A DNA stretch of 64,000 bases. Origin: Lama glama. Taxonomy: Eukaryota. Below, piece after piece: positions 23,385 to 35,634 of the stretch. Position numbers and translations under genes: made by a program. Below the pieces are notes generated by a model. The model did not search any database and was not told where the DNA came from. It saw nothing but the letters and a program-made list of their open reading frames with translations. The stretch's first letter is position 1, and every line of letters begins with the position of its first letter. Where the stretch lies: positions 29,140,001-29,204,000 of the forward strand of contig CM052837.1 in assembly GCA_028534125.1 (NCBI GenBank). The letters run 5' to 3'.

Positions 23385-23750
23385 GGCTCATTTACTGAGC
23401 ACCTACTATGCCAGGCTCTGGTACACAACAATGAATGAGACAAATAAAAGTCCTTCCTCATGGTGCTTGTATCCTCGGGGCTGTGCACGTGGCAGGTAAT
23501 GGAGAAGTGAATGAATGAATATGTGGAACAATTTTAGATAGTGCTAAGTTATGTGACTAGAATGGTTATGTGATAAAGATAGGGGTGAGGCTACTTTACA
23601 CTGGGGATGAGAGTGGGGATCTGGGAAGGGTACTCTGACCTGAATTCAGAGACCAGAAGGATAAAGAGCTGAGCATAGGAATATCATTGCAGGAGTGGGA
23701 ATAGCAAGTGCAAAGGCCCTGAGGCAGGAAGAAGCTTGAGGGCTGATCTT
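23385..23750 (-). mobile_element. L2 LINE 3' fragment
   Basis: ATTTACTGAGCACCTACTATGCCAGGC...GGGAATAGCAAGTGCAAAGGCCCTGAGGCAGGA. Confidence 0.82.
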
Positions 23751-24399
23751 GATTGGAAGCTTTCAGAGGAGGAAAAGATCTCAGGAGCAAGACAGCCTTT
23801 GCTGAGTGTTTTAAACAAGTCACTTGCCCTCTCTGAGCCTTAGATTCCCCCTATGTAAAATGAGAATGGTAAAGACGCAAGCCTTAAGGATGAGTGAAGG
23901 TTAAATCCAGTGGTGGGCCAGAATTTTTATATTGGAGGGACTCAGGAAATGAGGGGTGGGAGAATTTGTCTTGAAACTGTGGCACAGCAGGACCACTTTT
24001 TGTGTTTGGATTATTTGGGGTTGCTTTGGAGGGTGACAATGGAGATTATTTTGGGCTGAAAACAGTGCTCCAGTCTCTTCATGCCTCAGCCCCTGATTTC
24101 AGGAGTTAATAGCTTAAAGCACTCGGCATAATGCCTGGCACAGAGCAAGTAGACAGGAATGGGGAGGGCATTCCAGGTGGGAGGAAAGGCGTGGAGATGG
24201 GAATGTTTAAGGCGTGTTAGGGGAAGAGTGAGGAGACCAGCTTGGCTGGTGGGGAGGGGTGAGAGAGGAGGCTGGAAAGACAGGTTGAGGCCCAGGATGA
24301 GACCTTGAATGGCATGCAAGAGGAGGGTGGGCCTCAGCTTGTAGGCAGTGGGGAGCCATTGTGTGTTCTGGAGCAGGAAAAGCCGAGGAAATGTTTTTC

Positions 24400-25400
24400 T
24401 GTTTTGGTTTGGTTTTCAAGATACTCAATATATTTTTGACATTCAGAAAGGCTTAAAGGCTAGTAAAAGAAGTTTCCATGTAGCCATCACTCAGCTTAAG
24501 AAGAAAACAGCCCAATATAAGTGATACCCTCCATATGCCCCATCCCAATTATATCTCTCCTAAAAGTTACTGCAGACCCGGATTTGGTGTTCATGATTCC
24601 ACGCATATCTTTGTCCTTCTGTTGTTTGTTTGAAGGAGATATAAAGTACCCCCAGCACAATGCACAGAGCTTAATTGTACAGCTTGATGGCCCACAGGAG
24701 CACCACTCAGATCAAGTCACAGACCATTCCGAGCCTTTGGTTTTGCTATTCTTGAACTTCATATAAATGGAATCATTCTGTGTGTGCTCTCTCGTATCTG
24801 GCACTTTCACTCAACCTTTGAGATCTATCTGTGTTTGTGTCAGTGGCTCATTTCTTTTCACTGCTGTGTAGTAGTCCACTGTTTAAATAGACCACAGTTT
24901 ATTTAATCACCCTACTGTATAGGGAGATGGACATTATTTCCAGTTTCCGGTATTTTGAATAGTGCTGCTATGAACATTCTCGTATATATCTTTTAACGGA
25001 CATAAGAACACATTTCTTTCAGTATATGTTCAAGAGGGAGGATTGTTGGATGATGGGATATGCACATACTTCGTTTTTGTAGCTATGGCCAGTTTCCCAA
25101 AGTGGTTGTACCACATCTTTATGCCTTTATACACACCATACACACACACACATCCCTGAGAGATCTGGGGTGCTGTTTTGGTTGTGGGTGTGATTCTACA
25201 GATGGTGTCACTTGTACTTTTGCTTCTGCAACTTGCTTTTTTCCACTCAATGTTCTGTTCTCAAGATCCTTTCCCGTTGGTATAGCAGCTCGAGTGCATC
25301 TATTTATTCTCAATGTAGGATCTGTCCTGTGAACAGACCATAGCGCTCTCCTCCAAGCTCCGGCACATGGATGTTTAGCTTATTCCTGACTGGGATTCTC
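24400..25400 (-). mobile_element. Old L1 (L1M) fragments
   Basis: TTGAACTTCATATAAATGGAATCAT...GACCACAGTTTATTTAATCA...AATAGTGCTGCTATGAACATTCT...TTTCCCAAAGTGGTTGTACCA. Confidence 0.78.
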
Positions 25401-25574
25401 TTTCCAGATTTCCATAAGCATCTGTTATGTGTTGGGTGAGGCCAATGAGGATGGGGGTGGAGGGGCTGTTGCATTCATTCAAGTGGAAGATGAGGATGAG
25501 GGGCTGCTGGTAAAGATGATTTTGAGGGACATTTAGGGAACTTGGTTCAGGTGGAGGAGGAAGGAAACAAGACT

Positions 25575-25925
25575 TGGATTCTGGGAGCCAGGAGCCTAGG
25601 GTTGAATCCCTTCTCCCACTTTCTGGCTATGTGATCTTAGGCATGTCACTTTGCTGCTCAGAGCCTCAGTTTCCTCATTTGGGATCATTCTCCCTGCCTG
25701 GCAAGGGTTGAGTGAGCAGAGCCATTCAGTGGACTCAGCAAGATTTGGATCCATTTATTAGCTGGTTAAGTTTGGGCAAGTTGCCTCATCTGAGCCTCAG
25801 TTTCCTCATCTGTAAAATGGGAGAATAATACCTGCCTCCCAATGATTTTGCTATAAAGAAATGGGATTCCATACATAAAGTACTTATTAAATGTTCAGTA
25901 ACTCATAAATACTTATTATTACTGC
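25575..25925 (+). mobile_element. Two tandem MIR SINEs
   Basis: Two copies of the GCCTCAGTTTCCTCAT core; second reads TGAGCCTCAGTTTCCTCATCTGTAAAATGGGAGAATAATACCTGCCTC. Confidence 0.85.
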
Positions 25926-26579
25926 TGCTGCTGCTGTTGTTGTTGACTTCTCCTTTCCCACTAGATGGTGGGCGTTGAGAGGGCAGGACCTGCTCTTTTG
26001 CCCCCATCTTCCTCCCGAAGGTCATCAGAAATATTTGGAATCTAACAACATACTACTGCTGCATCCTGGGTGGGTGACCTTGGGTGAGCCCAGCCCCTTC
26101 GTAGAGTCTCCATCTTCTCCTGTAAAATGGGGCTCATGGCAGTGCCTACCTGACCAGGTGGTTTCCTGTCAGGTGGTCAGACACGTGATCTTAAAAGGAG
26201 AAAGAGTGGTTAAGGTGGGGCCCTGTGAGGGGGCAACACTTTCCTAGCAATGTTGTGGCTGATGTAACCTGGGGGGACTGTCAGAGATGGGGAGGGAAGG
26301 GTTGTCATTTCTGGCTGAGCCCCTTTGGAAAGGGAACATGGGGGCAGTAAGAAGAGAGAAGAAGGGGGATTCTGGCTCTGCCAGCCCACTGAAGACAGGT
26401 TCCAGCAGCAGGGCTATCTAAGCCCCTTGCTGCAGAGTGAGGACACTCAGGCCACAGCAAGAGGAAGGCTGGTATCCCAGGTTGCCAACCTGCCTCTGAG
26501 GCCCATATGCTGTGTGGCCCCGGATGCCTGGTGCACCTTCTCTGTGCCTTGATTTCCTCTGCTGTAATTGTCTCAAGGA

Positions 26580-26870
26580 GGCTTCGCTTCCTTGTCTGCT
26601 GGATTTCCCGGCCCCCGCAGACCCCCTGGCCCGGCCCCTTTGCCCGTGTTGAGGCTGAGGCCAGGGCTCAGGGCCAGGGCCGCGCACCTTGACAACCCGC
26701 CCACACTAGGCACAAAGGCCCATTGTTTGGGCCCACGTTGGCGGGGAAGCGGGCGGGGAGCAGCCGCCTTTCACCCAACCCGCTTGTGGTCGGCGGGGAC
26801 TGAGGAGCAATTCACAGAGGTCCCCACCCCCTGACCAGGCACCTGGCCAGGCCGCCTCCCGGGTAGGCAC
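26580..26870. promoter_or_regulatory. GC/CpG-rich patch with inverted SOX pair and GC boxes; candidate enhancer or promoter
   Basis: Many CpGs retained versus depleted flanks; ACAAAG-gcc-CATTGT at 26712-26726; CCCGCCC and GGGCGGGG motifs. Confidence 0.5.
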
Positions 26871-27273
26871 CCTTGCCAAACTGGGCCAGCTCCTACCCTG
26901 AGCTGGGCCTCAGTTTCCCCAGCTGAGAGAAGGGAAGCAGAGCAGCTCAGGGACTAACTGGGAGGGCAGGGTTTGCCACTTGGCCTGGCTGCCCCTGAGA
27001 TCCACGGGGCTGGGGCCTCCCCTGTCACAAAGAAACCACTCTGGTGTCCTTGAGGAGGCCATGGGCACTGGGGCTTTAGGGCCTGACAGGCCTGGGTTCT
27101 AGTTCTGGGTGGTTTGGATGCATCTCTCACCTGCATGAGCCTTATTTTCCCGATCTGTAAAAGGAAGCTTGGAATCCATGACTCTCAAGGTAAAAAGAGA
27201 GAGTGATGCCACAAGGCAGTGTTCACTTGGCCATTCATTCACTCAGAAGTCCATATGGGGTGTCAACTGTGGA

Positions 27274-27439
27274 CAGGGCTGGTTATAGAACTTTTGGGGC
27301 CCTGTGCAAAACTAAATGCGGTGCCCCCATTCAAAATTAAGAATTTCAAGATGGTGCCAGCACTAAACCAAGCATGGAAACTTCTGAGTGTGGGGCGCCA
27401 CGTGATGGCCTGGGTCACACGCCAATGAAGCCCACTCTG
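27274..27439 (-). mobile_element. MER91A-like hAT element
   Basis: Reverse complement of the 234-345 element: GAATTTCAAGATGG...CACTAAACCAAGCA...CTTCTGAGTG...GGTCACACGCCAATGAAGCCC. Confidence 0.7.
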
Positions 27440-28459
27440 ACTGTGTGCCGGGTGCTATTCCAGGCATGGGACATAGCTAACGAAACAGAGGAAAGCCTCT
27501 GCCTCGTAGAACCGGTAATTTGTCACGGGATCTAGGACTCCCTCAGGGTCGCCTGGTAGAACTTTCGAAGCCAGATGCCCCTAGAGGCCTGCTCCTTCTC
27601 TGCCTGCTCACCAGGCCATGCAGGGTGAACTGGGGGTACCCAAGCTTCCCTGCAAGGCTCTGGTGTCAGTGACCCCCACATGAGGCTGGGACTCCACTGT
27701 AGTAATGGCTGACATTCACTGAGTGTGGATTCTGTGATCCTGATGAATTCAGAGCATCTTTGTAGCAGCTCTGTGAGGAGGCAGGGCAGTGTGGCTATCT
27801 GCTGTACAGATGGAGAAACTGAGGCTCAAGCCAGAGAGTGGCAGAGGCAGGATTTAAACCCAGGCTGCCTGGCACCAGAGCCTTAATCTCCCCATCCCAT
27901 CCTCTGCCAAAGGGGCAGTGGTGAGCCAGGTGGTGCATGCCTGAGACAGAGGTCTTGCTGGCGTTCAAGGCTGTGAAGGGTGCGGGTGTGCTGGTGGCCC
28001 GCCAGCTGCCACCTGGGTTGGCCTTGCTGTGTGGCCCTGAGTCACAGTCCTGTGTCCTGGGAAGCTGTCTGTGCCCCGGGCGCCCGTGGGGCCTGAGTCA
28101 CAGTAGAGCACACCCTGCTACCCTGCCTACCTCCCGCCTGGGCCTCAGGATAGGCAGGCCCTCAGAGCAGGTCCCTAGTCAGGAACTCACATTTACGGCT
28201 GCTTTCAGGGGCAAGAGAGAGGCATCTATTTGCAGCCCAGAAGCACATTTCTGCCTTCTTTTATTGAGCCCAAACCCATCCTTCCAAGTTACCCCAGGAT
28301 AGATTAGATAGCTGGTGAGTTACTGAGCTCCCCATCACTTGGAGCATTCAAGGGAGGATAACCTGTCATGGTTGCTGAGGAGTGTTCCTGCACCAGATGG
28401 GGGCTGGTGCTGGAGTATATGTCTTCCAAAGTCCTAAACTTTGTTCATGTGCTTATTTT

Positions 28460-28900
28460 TGGATAGCTACTGTGAACAAAGGTGCAAGCTCCAAAAACTA
28501 CAAAAGGATATGGAGTGAAAAGTAAGTCTCCATCCCTCTTGACCCCTAGTCTCCAACTTCCTCCCCCAAGAAGTATCCACTATTTACCGATTTCTTTTCC
28601 CTAGAGCTAATTTTATGTACACACAAACCGATTTCTTTTCCCTAGAGCTAATTTTATGTACACACAAACAAATTTTATGTCCTTTCCTCTCTTCCATATA
28701 CCCACACAAATGGTAGCCAGTATATTTCATAATCCAATTTGCCCCTCACTCTATTTTTGTTTTGACAGCTTATCTTGGACACTGTTCCAGATCAGTACAC
28801 ACAGATCTGCTCCATTCTTCTTACCTTGCCACATGGTATTTCATTTTTTTTTCACTAATCTATAACACATTTGGTTAAGTCTTTTCAATCTTGAATTTAA
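28460..28900 (-). mobile_element. Old L1 (L1ME-type) 3' fragment
   Basis: CAAAAGGATATGGAGTGAAAAGTAAGTCTCC...ATCTTGGACACTGTTCCAGATCAGTACACACAGATCTG. Confidence 0.65.
28586..28669. repeat. Perfect 41-bp tandem duplication
   Basis: ACCGATTTCTTTTCCCTAGAGCTAATTTTATGTACACACAA at 28586-28626 and again at 28627-28667. Confidence 0.97.
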
Positions 28901-29379
28901 CATTTTGGGATGTTTACTGTCCTTTGCTCTGGCAGTGGCCTGAGAAATTTTTTCGAAGTTTGCCTGGAAACTAAGATTTTCCCATGTCTGTGGGGCTTTT
29001 TGAGTTTAATTTTGGTTGAAATCATAAAAGAAGTAAATGAGAGAAAGAGAGGGGGAGAGAGAGAAAGAACACCCTCCATTCATATCCCTCCATGCCAGGC
29101 ACTGGTGATCTGATGGTGAACCCCCCAGGTATCAACTCATCTACCTGTAGTGTGACCAGGCTGTGGGAGGAGGCACCCATATATGGGGCCAGGGAGCCCA
29201 GAGAGGAGAGGACTTCCTGTTGTGTGTGTGTGTTGAGGGGGGTCAGAGATGGCTCCTTAGAGGAGGGACTATTTAGGTGGGTCCTTAAGGGATGCATAGG
29301 AGTTCTCATGAGACATGGAGATGGGCCTTCCAGGCAGAGGGAACAGCATTGAGTGAAACTACTTGCTAGATGCAGAAAT

Positions 29380-29580
29380 GACTACCAGCTTCCATCTATT
29401 GAGCACCTATGTGCCAGGTACTGTGCTCAGTTCTTCATAAGTCATTGCTACATTAAAACCCCCACACTTCTAGGCTATTATCACCCCTATTTTACAGAAA
29501 GAGACCGAGGTGCAGAGCATGGTAACTTGCTCATCGCCACACAGCTATAGGTATTAGAGTTTGGATTTGAACCCAGCAGC
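29380..29580 (-). mobile_element. MIR SINE
   Basis: TATTGAGCACCTATGTGCCAGG...CCCTATTTTACAGAAAGAGACCGAGG...TAACTTGCTCATCGCCACACAGCTA...GGATTTGAACCCAG. Confidence 0.82.
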
Positions 29581-32500
29581 TTGTATTCTTGGCTGTTCTA
29601 ATATTCCACGAGGGTAAGAGGGATAGCAGATGAGTCCCTGAATGTTCGACTCCAACCTTCTGACCTTCCTAGCTCAGGTCCTGACCCTGCTCAGAGGCCT
29701 TCAATGGTTCCTCACGGCCCCAGAGCTCACTGTCCTGAGCCACCCTCTGTTCCTCCGGGCAGCGTGGATGCGTTGAGCAGTACCAGACCTTTCTGGGTCT
29801 GATCTTGTGTGCTGAGTGCTGCAGGCACTGCCTAGCTGTCAGGAAGAAGCCGCGAGTGCAAATAATCGAGCAAGGGAGCAACTGGGGTCGGGGGCTCGTA
29901 CCCTGACCTGTCCGCGCTGGTGGATTTTGGATGTGACTAGAGGTGGACCTGGACCTCGAGGTCTTGGTGACCTCAGGCCTCGGGGCTCTGTTTCTGGTGT
30001 CACACTTTGGCCCAGCCCCCCCTGGGCTGTGAGCAGACTCTCTGAATGTGAACAGACCTTGCCCCAGAGAACCATTTGTATGCCCCTGGTGGGCACTGGG
30101 CCTGGAGCTTATTAAATCCCACTGACCCTGCAATGTGGGGATTCATCACCCAATTTTGCAGATGAGAAAATGGAGGTCCAGAAAGGGCAAGTGACTTGTC
30201 TAAGGCCACAGAGCAAGCAAAAGGCAGAGCCAGGACATGAATCCAGTCCCTGGATTTGTCTCTTAAGCACCCTACACTCCTACCCCCTGTTCAAGAGGAT
30301 TTTCCAGTCTGCCCCTTGGCAGGGGCTTAATCTCTCTGTCTTACCTGGTCTTTAGGAAAGGGGCAACTAGCCCATTGCCCTGAGGAGCTTGAATGCTGTA
30401 CACAGGGCATCGGGACTGAGGGGGACCTGTGGTTGGCCTGGTTGCTCCCCCACCCCCAGGATCAAGACACAGGTCCCACGTTTCCTCTCGCTTCTCCCAG
30501 AAGTGAGAGAATAATAGTCGGTTCAAATGTCAGGCCAGCTCAGCTGCCTGTGGGGAGACTGGTTGAGCAGGTCTGGGGGAGGGATGAAGAGAGGAAATTA
30601 TTAATAATTGCAAAGCAACCAGCCCTGCTACAGGCCTTGAGATGTGTCTGTGTGTGTCTTTGCAAGTGTGGAGTTGGGGGTGCTTATCCTAGGGACCCCA
30701 TCGAGTAGGGGGCAGCCTGGGGATCAGCTACAGCTTCCTGGGAGCCTGTGTGTAGGGGTGAGGTGGTGGGGGCACAGAGTCAGCCTCCCCAGGTTGAGAC
30801 ACACCTTGGCCTCCCTGCCTCCCATCAGCCAAGGTGAGGAGAGATCTGCCAATATCAAGAGGAGGAAGGAAAGAGCTCACTGTGTTCCTTTGGGAGGCAT
30901 CTCACCATGCACCAGATTTAATTCTCACAGCAACCATATTAGGTTGTTGTTTTTATCTGCAGTTGACAATTGGGGAAACGGAGGTACAAGGGGTTTCAGC
31001 CAGGATTTGAACTCAGGGTGTTTGATCGCAGCTCGACTTCCCTCCCTGTCTTCTCTGCTGGTGGAGGGATCCCTCTTCCCTGGAAGAGGCCCCTATCCAC
31101 TCCCTCAATGTCAGCACAGTCCCCGATGCAACACCCCAGGGGATGGGTGTTGATCTGACGCATCTCTGGATCTCAGTCTCCTCATCTGTAGAATGGGCAC
31201 CACAGTAACGTCCTCCAGAGTGGTGTCAGTCCACAAGGGGAGGAGGTAAGGAGACATCTTTTCTTTCCTCTTTTCTCCAGCACCCACTGCAAGGCCTGCC
31301 CAAAAGCCGCGGCCACAGGTGGATCTCCAATGGGTCTTCCTTGAACCCCTGGGTGTCTAGCAGAGCTGGTTCTCTAGCTGGGCTTTGAAAAATTCACTAT
31401 GAAATTGAGTGATCAGTTTACATTTTAGCAGGAAAATGGCTTGAATGGTGGAACTCAGGGCAGAGTTTTGGGGAATGGATAGTGGGAATTCTGGAAGCCA
31501 AAATGAACCTCTAGGCCCAGGGCTGGCTGTCACCGACAGCAGAAGCATGCTCGGATGGCCTGTCACCGAGCCCCAGGACGGGTTGCGTCTGTGGGGGACC
31601 TCCAGGGCATCCCCCTCTCCGGTCTGCCCCGATGGGCCGATAAGACCCAGCCTCGGAGGAGGCTAATTACAGGCCTCAGTGGTGGCGGGCAGGCGAGTCA
31701 TGAGGTGGGGGTGACTCAGAGGATTGCTCCATGAGCTGGGCGGGGGTGGGGGCCGCCCATCTGCCCATCACAGGCTGGCCTGAGGAGGGCCTGGGCATCC
31801 CAGGGAGGCCCTGCAGGGCCATTGGGTGCAGCCAGTCCAGGGTCTCACCCGTGGGCCTGTGACCTAGGCCCCTATGCCTCTTGGCACCCTTGGGGCTTGG
31901 CATTGTATCGGGAGCTGGGGCTGGCTGGGTTTTCCCCTTGCTCAGTCCCAGGCATTGGCTTCTGGGAAGTGGGAATCTGGGCTCAGAGGCACCAAACGCC
32001 TTGCAGATTTCCTGAACCACAGGGACAGGACTCCGGGAAACCCACATGAGCGAGAGGTAGAACCTCAAACATGTGTGGACTCAGAATCAGCAGATGATGG
32101 TTTCTAGAACCAAATATTCCTTCCAGGTTCAAGGAGTCATGGATTAGCAGATTTGTAGAATTACAGATTTATAAGATCAGGGAGGCGTTTACAGTTGGTT
32201 CCAGAGAATTCATACATCCACTGAGCTAGAGATAAAAAAAAACAAACATAGCGACTGAAGAATTTAGGGGTGAATTATCTTGCTGTCCTCGACTGGCTCC
32301 CAGACAGGTCAGAAAGAAAAAGTAATACAAGAAAATACAAGTATAAATATTCATTGTTCTTGTTCCTTCGAGAGGGAAAGCACACGAAGCCAAAGGTCAA
32401 TGACTGGTGAACTGAGGTGTTCATTGCACCGTTTTGTTTGTTTTTTAAACTTCTTATGGGTTTGAAATTTGTCACAATGAAAATATGGGAAAAAGTAAAA

Positions 32501-32624
32501 CAGGGAAGGAAACGCAAACATAAATCGTAGCCTGTAAGATTGTGCAGCTTGGTGACCTATGACCTGACTTCCTGACCTATGTGTCTGTTTTCTCTTGAGG
32601 CTTTTATTGTGTTTTTAACTCACA

Positions 32625-32790
32625 CACATATGCAGAGCACCTGCTATGGGCCAGGATCTGCTCTAAAGACTCTTCAAATACAAACTCATTTAATGCTTAC
32701 AACTCTGAGGGATGGGTGTTATTAAGGCGCTAATTTCACAGATGAGGAAACTGAGGCACAGAGCGGGGACTAACTTGTTCAGACTGTGCT
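32625..32790 (-). mobile_element. MIR SINE
   Basis: CTCATTTAATGCTTACAACTCTGAGG...TTTCACAGATGAGGAAACTGAGGCACAGAG. Confidence 0.88.
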
Positions 32791-34064
32791 CAGTGCACAT
32801 AATTGGGCATCTGCTGTGTGCCAGGTCTAGTGCTAGACTCTGGGACAGAGCAGCCAGCAGAACAGACAATGTCCCTGCCCTGGGGGAACTTGGCAGGGGA
32901 GACAAATAATAAACAAACGAGTAAGATTGTCCCAAGTGCAAGGAGGAAAATAAGCTGCTTTGATGGAGGGCGGGGGGTGGGGGCTTCCTCCCACTGAGCG
33001 AGCAGGAGAGGAGGGCCCCTCTGAGGAGGTGGCATTTGAGCTGAGACCTAAGGGGAGGAAAGAGGCTCACCAGGCAGAACGCCTGCTGTCTGCCCAGGCT
33101 GTGCCTTCTGCCTGGAGCGCCCTTCTTTCTACTTCTCTGTGCCAAACTCCCACTCACTGTTCCAGGCCTGGCTGAGCAGGCACCTCCTCTGAGGGTAGGA
33201 GGTGGACTGGGGGACTTCCTTGACCCATGGGGGAACCTGTCCTCCCCTTTCCCCACCATCTTCTCTCTCCTCTCTGTTCTTGGTGCAGACCTTGAATACA
33301 GTGAGCCTCCATTTGAATCAGCAGCACCAACCCACCTGCCAAAGATGGAGGTCCAGAGAGGTTAAGAGACCTGCCCAAGGACACACAGCTACCAAGGGTT
33401 CAAGGAGGGATCTGCACTAGGGATTTACAGGCTGCCTTTGGCTATTGTTTACCTGCCCTCTTCACTGCCCACTTTAGGTTAGAGCCCCAGATGTTAGCTC
33501 TACCCCCAGGGAAAGACAGGTAGGTCATCTGAGTCTCTAGGGTGCCGCCCTCTGAGCCCCAGTGAACACCAGGAGCTCACTCGAGGCAAGTGGCCCACAT
33601 CACCTGCCCCTGGACTGGTCCAGACTCTGCTCCCCAAGCCGGTTCCTGGCACTGACTGGCACAAGGCCAGGCTGCCCGCACACCTGCCTCCCATCCTGGT
33701 CCCAGGGGCTCCACCAGGTGGTGGGGATAGGGAGGTGCTCAGGAGGCTCTGCCTTAGACAAGGGGTGCATGTGAGGGGTGGGGCAGGGCTCAGTTCAGCT
33801 CCCCTTCCTGGGTCACCCTCACAGGAGAGCCTAGTGAGGTGGATGGAGCCCAAACACTGGAGGCCTCAGACTCAGTACAAGGCCAGCTCTTTGAGGCTCT
33901 TGAAGCCCTGGATATTTTGGTCTTCTCATCTGCAAAATGGAGACCATAAAACCACCTACCCTAGGGATAAAACAGTAGCATGGTGGCTGGCACCTAGTAG
34001 GTGCTCACTAAATGCCAGCTATTCTGGCTGCATACTTTACTGCTGAGGATTTCTATTATTCCAG

Positions 34065-34525
34065 TTTCATTCACTCATCATTTCACCAGTATTTACTGAG
34101 GCCCTACTACGTGTCAGGCCCTGGGCAGTTTAGGGTCGCATCACAGAACAGAACAGAACAGAGAGAATTCCCACCTTTGGACATACGCAAATAAACAAAC
34201 AGCATCATTTCAGACCATGGTAAAATCTCAGGAGGCAATAAAGCAGAGAGGTGTGATGGAGAGTGACCAGGGGCTTCTTTAAATGGAGTGGCTGGAGAGT
34301 GCTTCCCTGAGAAGCTGCTCTAACCTGAAGGGATGGTGTCGTGATGAAGGGAACAGCAGAAGCAAAGGCCCTGAGGTTGGAACAAGTTAGGGGGTTCAAA
34401 GAACAGGAGGGCAGCCACTGTGGTGGGAACAGAGTGAGTGAGAGGGAGAGGGTTGAAGAGAAAGGGAGGGGGTGGGTCCTTCAAGGCCTTGAAGGTAGGG
34501 GTGAGGAATTTGCATTTCATTCCTA
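34065..34525 (-). mobile_element. L2 LINE 3' fragment
   Basis: CATTCACTCATCATTTCACCAGTATTTACTGAGGCCCTACTACGTGTCAGGC...GGAACAGCAGAAGCAAAGGCCCTGAGG. Confidence 0.82.
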
Positions 34526-35137
34526 CAGTGATTATTATAAACAAAGGCCAAAGTTATGAGTGACTACAATATACAAAGTGCAAACTCATCATGATTCACT
34601 TCCAGTCCAGAGCTTGGGCTGTTTGGTTCTGGCACCTTAAAGAAAAGCATCTGCACACTCCTCCCCTGTAGCTTTGCTTTTTCAAAGAAATACAAAGGTA
34701 ACAGGTCCTTGCAATCTGTTCAATGTGAATGTGAGTTTGCTAGTTGCGAATGTGGCCGTAGTCTCATCTTTGGTGCTTAGTGGGAGAGTGAGGTGGGCTG
34801 GGGAGGGAAACAGTATAACCTGCCCTGATTTCAACAGTGCTGTGCCAAAGGGGGAAGGCTTGGGAGATCAGCTGGTCCAACCCACTGACTCCTCCATGAG
34901 GAACCTGAGGTCCAGACTAGAGGAAGTGAGTGGCCAAAGGTGACACTGTGAGTCAGAGGCAGATGCAGGACTTGAACCCAGGCCCCCTGACTTTCAACCC
35001 AGACTTTCTGAGAAATGGGTGTCTTGCCATGTGCTTCCCCTTGTTCTTTCCTGCCAGACAGTGTCAGCTGCCCTTGGGGCGGGGGAGGAGACTTGGAGCA
35101 GGGGTCCAGAGGTTTGGGGCCCACCCGTACTCCACCG

Positions 35138-35210
35138 CAGAGTTTTCTTCAGCAGCTCTACTGGCGTTTGAACCAGATCATTCTCTGTCATGGAGGATGT
35201 CCTGTGTGGA
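35138..35210 (+). mobile_element. MER20-like hAT fragment
   Basis: TTTGAACCAGATCATTCTCTGTCATGGAGGATGTCCTGTG resembles MER20 GGCCAGATAATTCTTTGTTGTGGGGGCTGTCCTGTG. Confidence 0.6.
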
Positions 35211-35634
35211 GCCGTCAGACCACTTCTCAGATGGAAAGAGGACCACAGGGCTGCCTCTCAAGGTCAAAGAATTGGAAAAAGGGAAGGGAGAAAGCAGTTT
35301 AACTCAGAGTTACTAACGATTCCTGAGGGTTTAACCCTATAATGGCAATTGCTAGATGTTGAGGTAAACCACAGGCATCTACTGGGTGAATTAACTGAAA
35401 AACTTCTCCAGTGTCAGGAGAATGGATCCTTTGGCTCAAGACACAATTTCCGAACAGAAGAGGTTTCACATGGAGATCAACAGCCCATGATCTGGAAATG
35501 TGAGGTTTGGAACTCATAGAATGGATTCAGGACGATAAAGCTTCTGATGTCAAAGACGCATCAGCTGAGGGTTTGGAAAGAATCATTCCCTGACCTGTGA
35601 ATGTGGAAGAAAGCATATTGGAAGCAGAATCTAG

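Noticed and set aside
18639-30519. Shared 12-mer AGAATAATAGTC at 18639 and 30508
   Set aside because: Many 12-mer matches are expected by chance within 64 kb, and the flanks do not extend convincingly
33710-33726. CTCF-like motif CCACCAGGTGGTGG (similar words at ~25958 and ~30083)
   Set aside because: Partial matches only and expected by chance at this GC content; cannot be supported without PWM scoring or ChIP data
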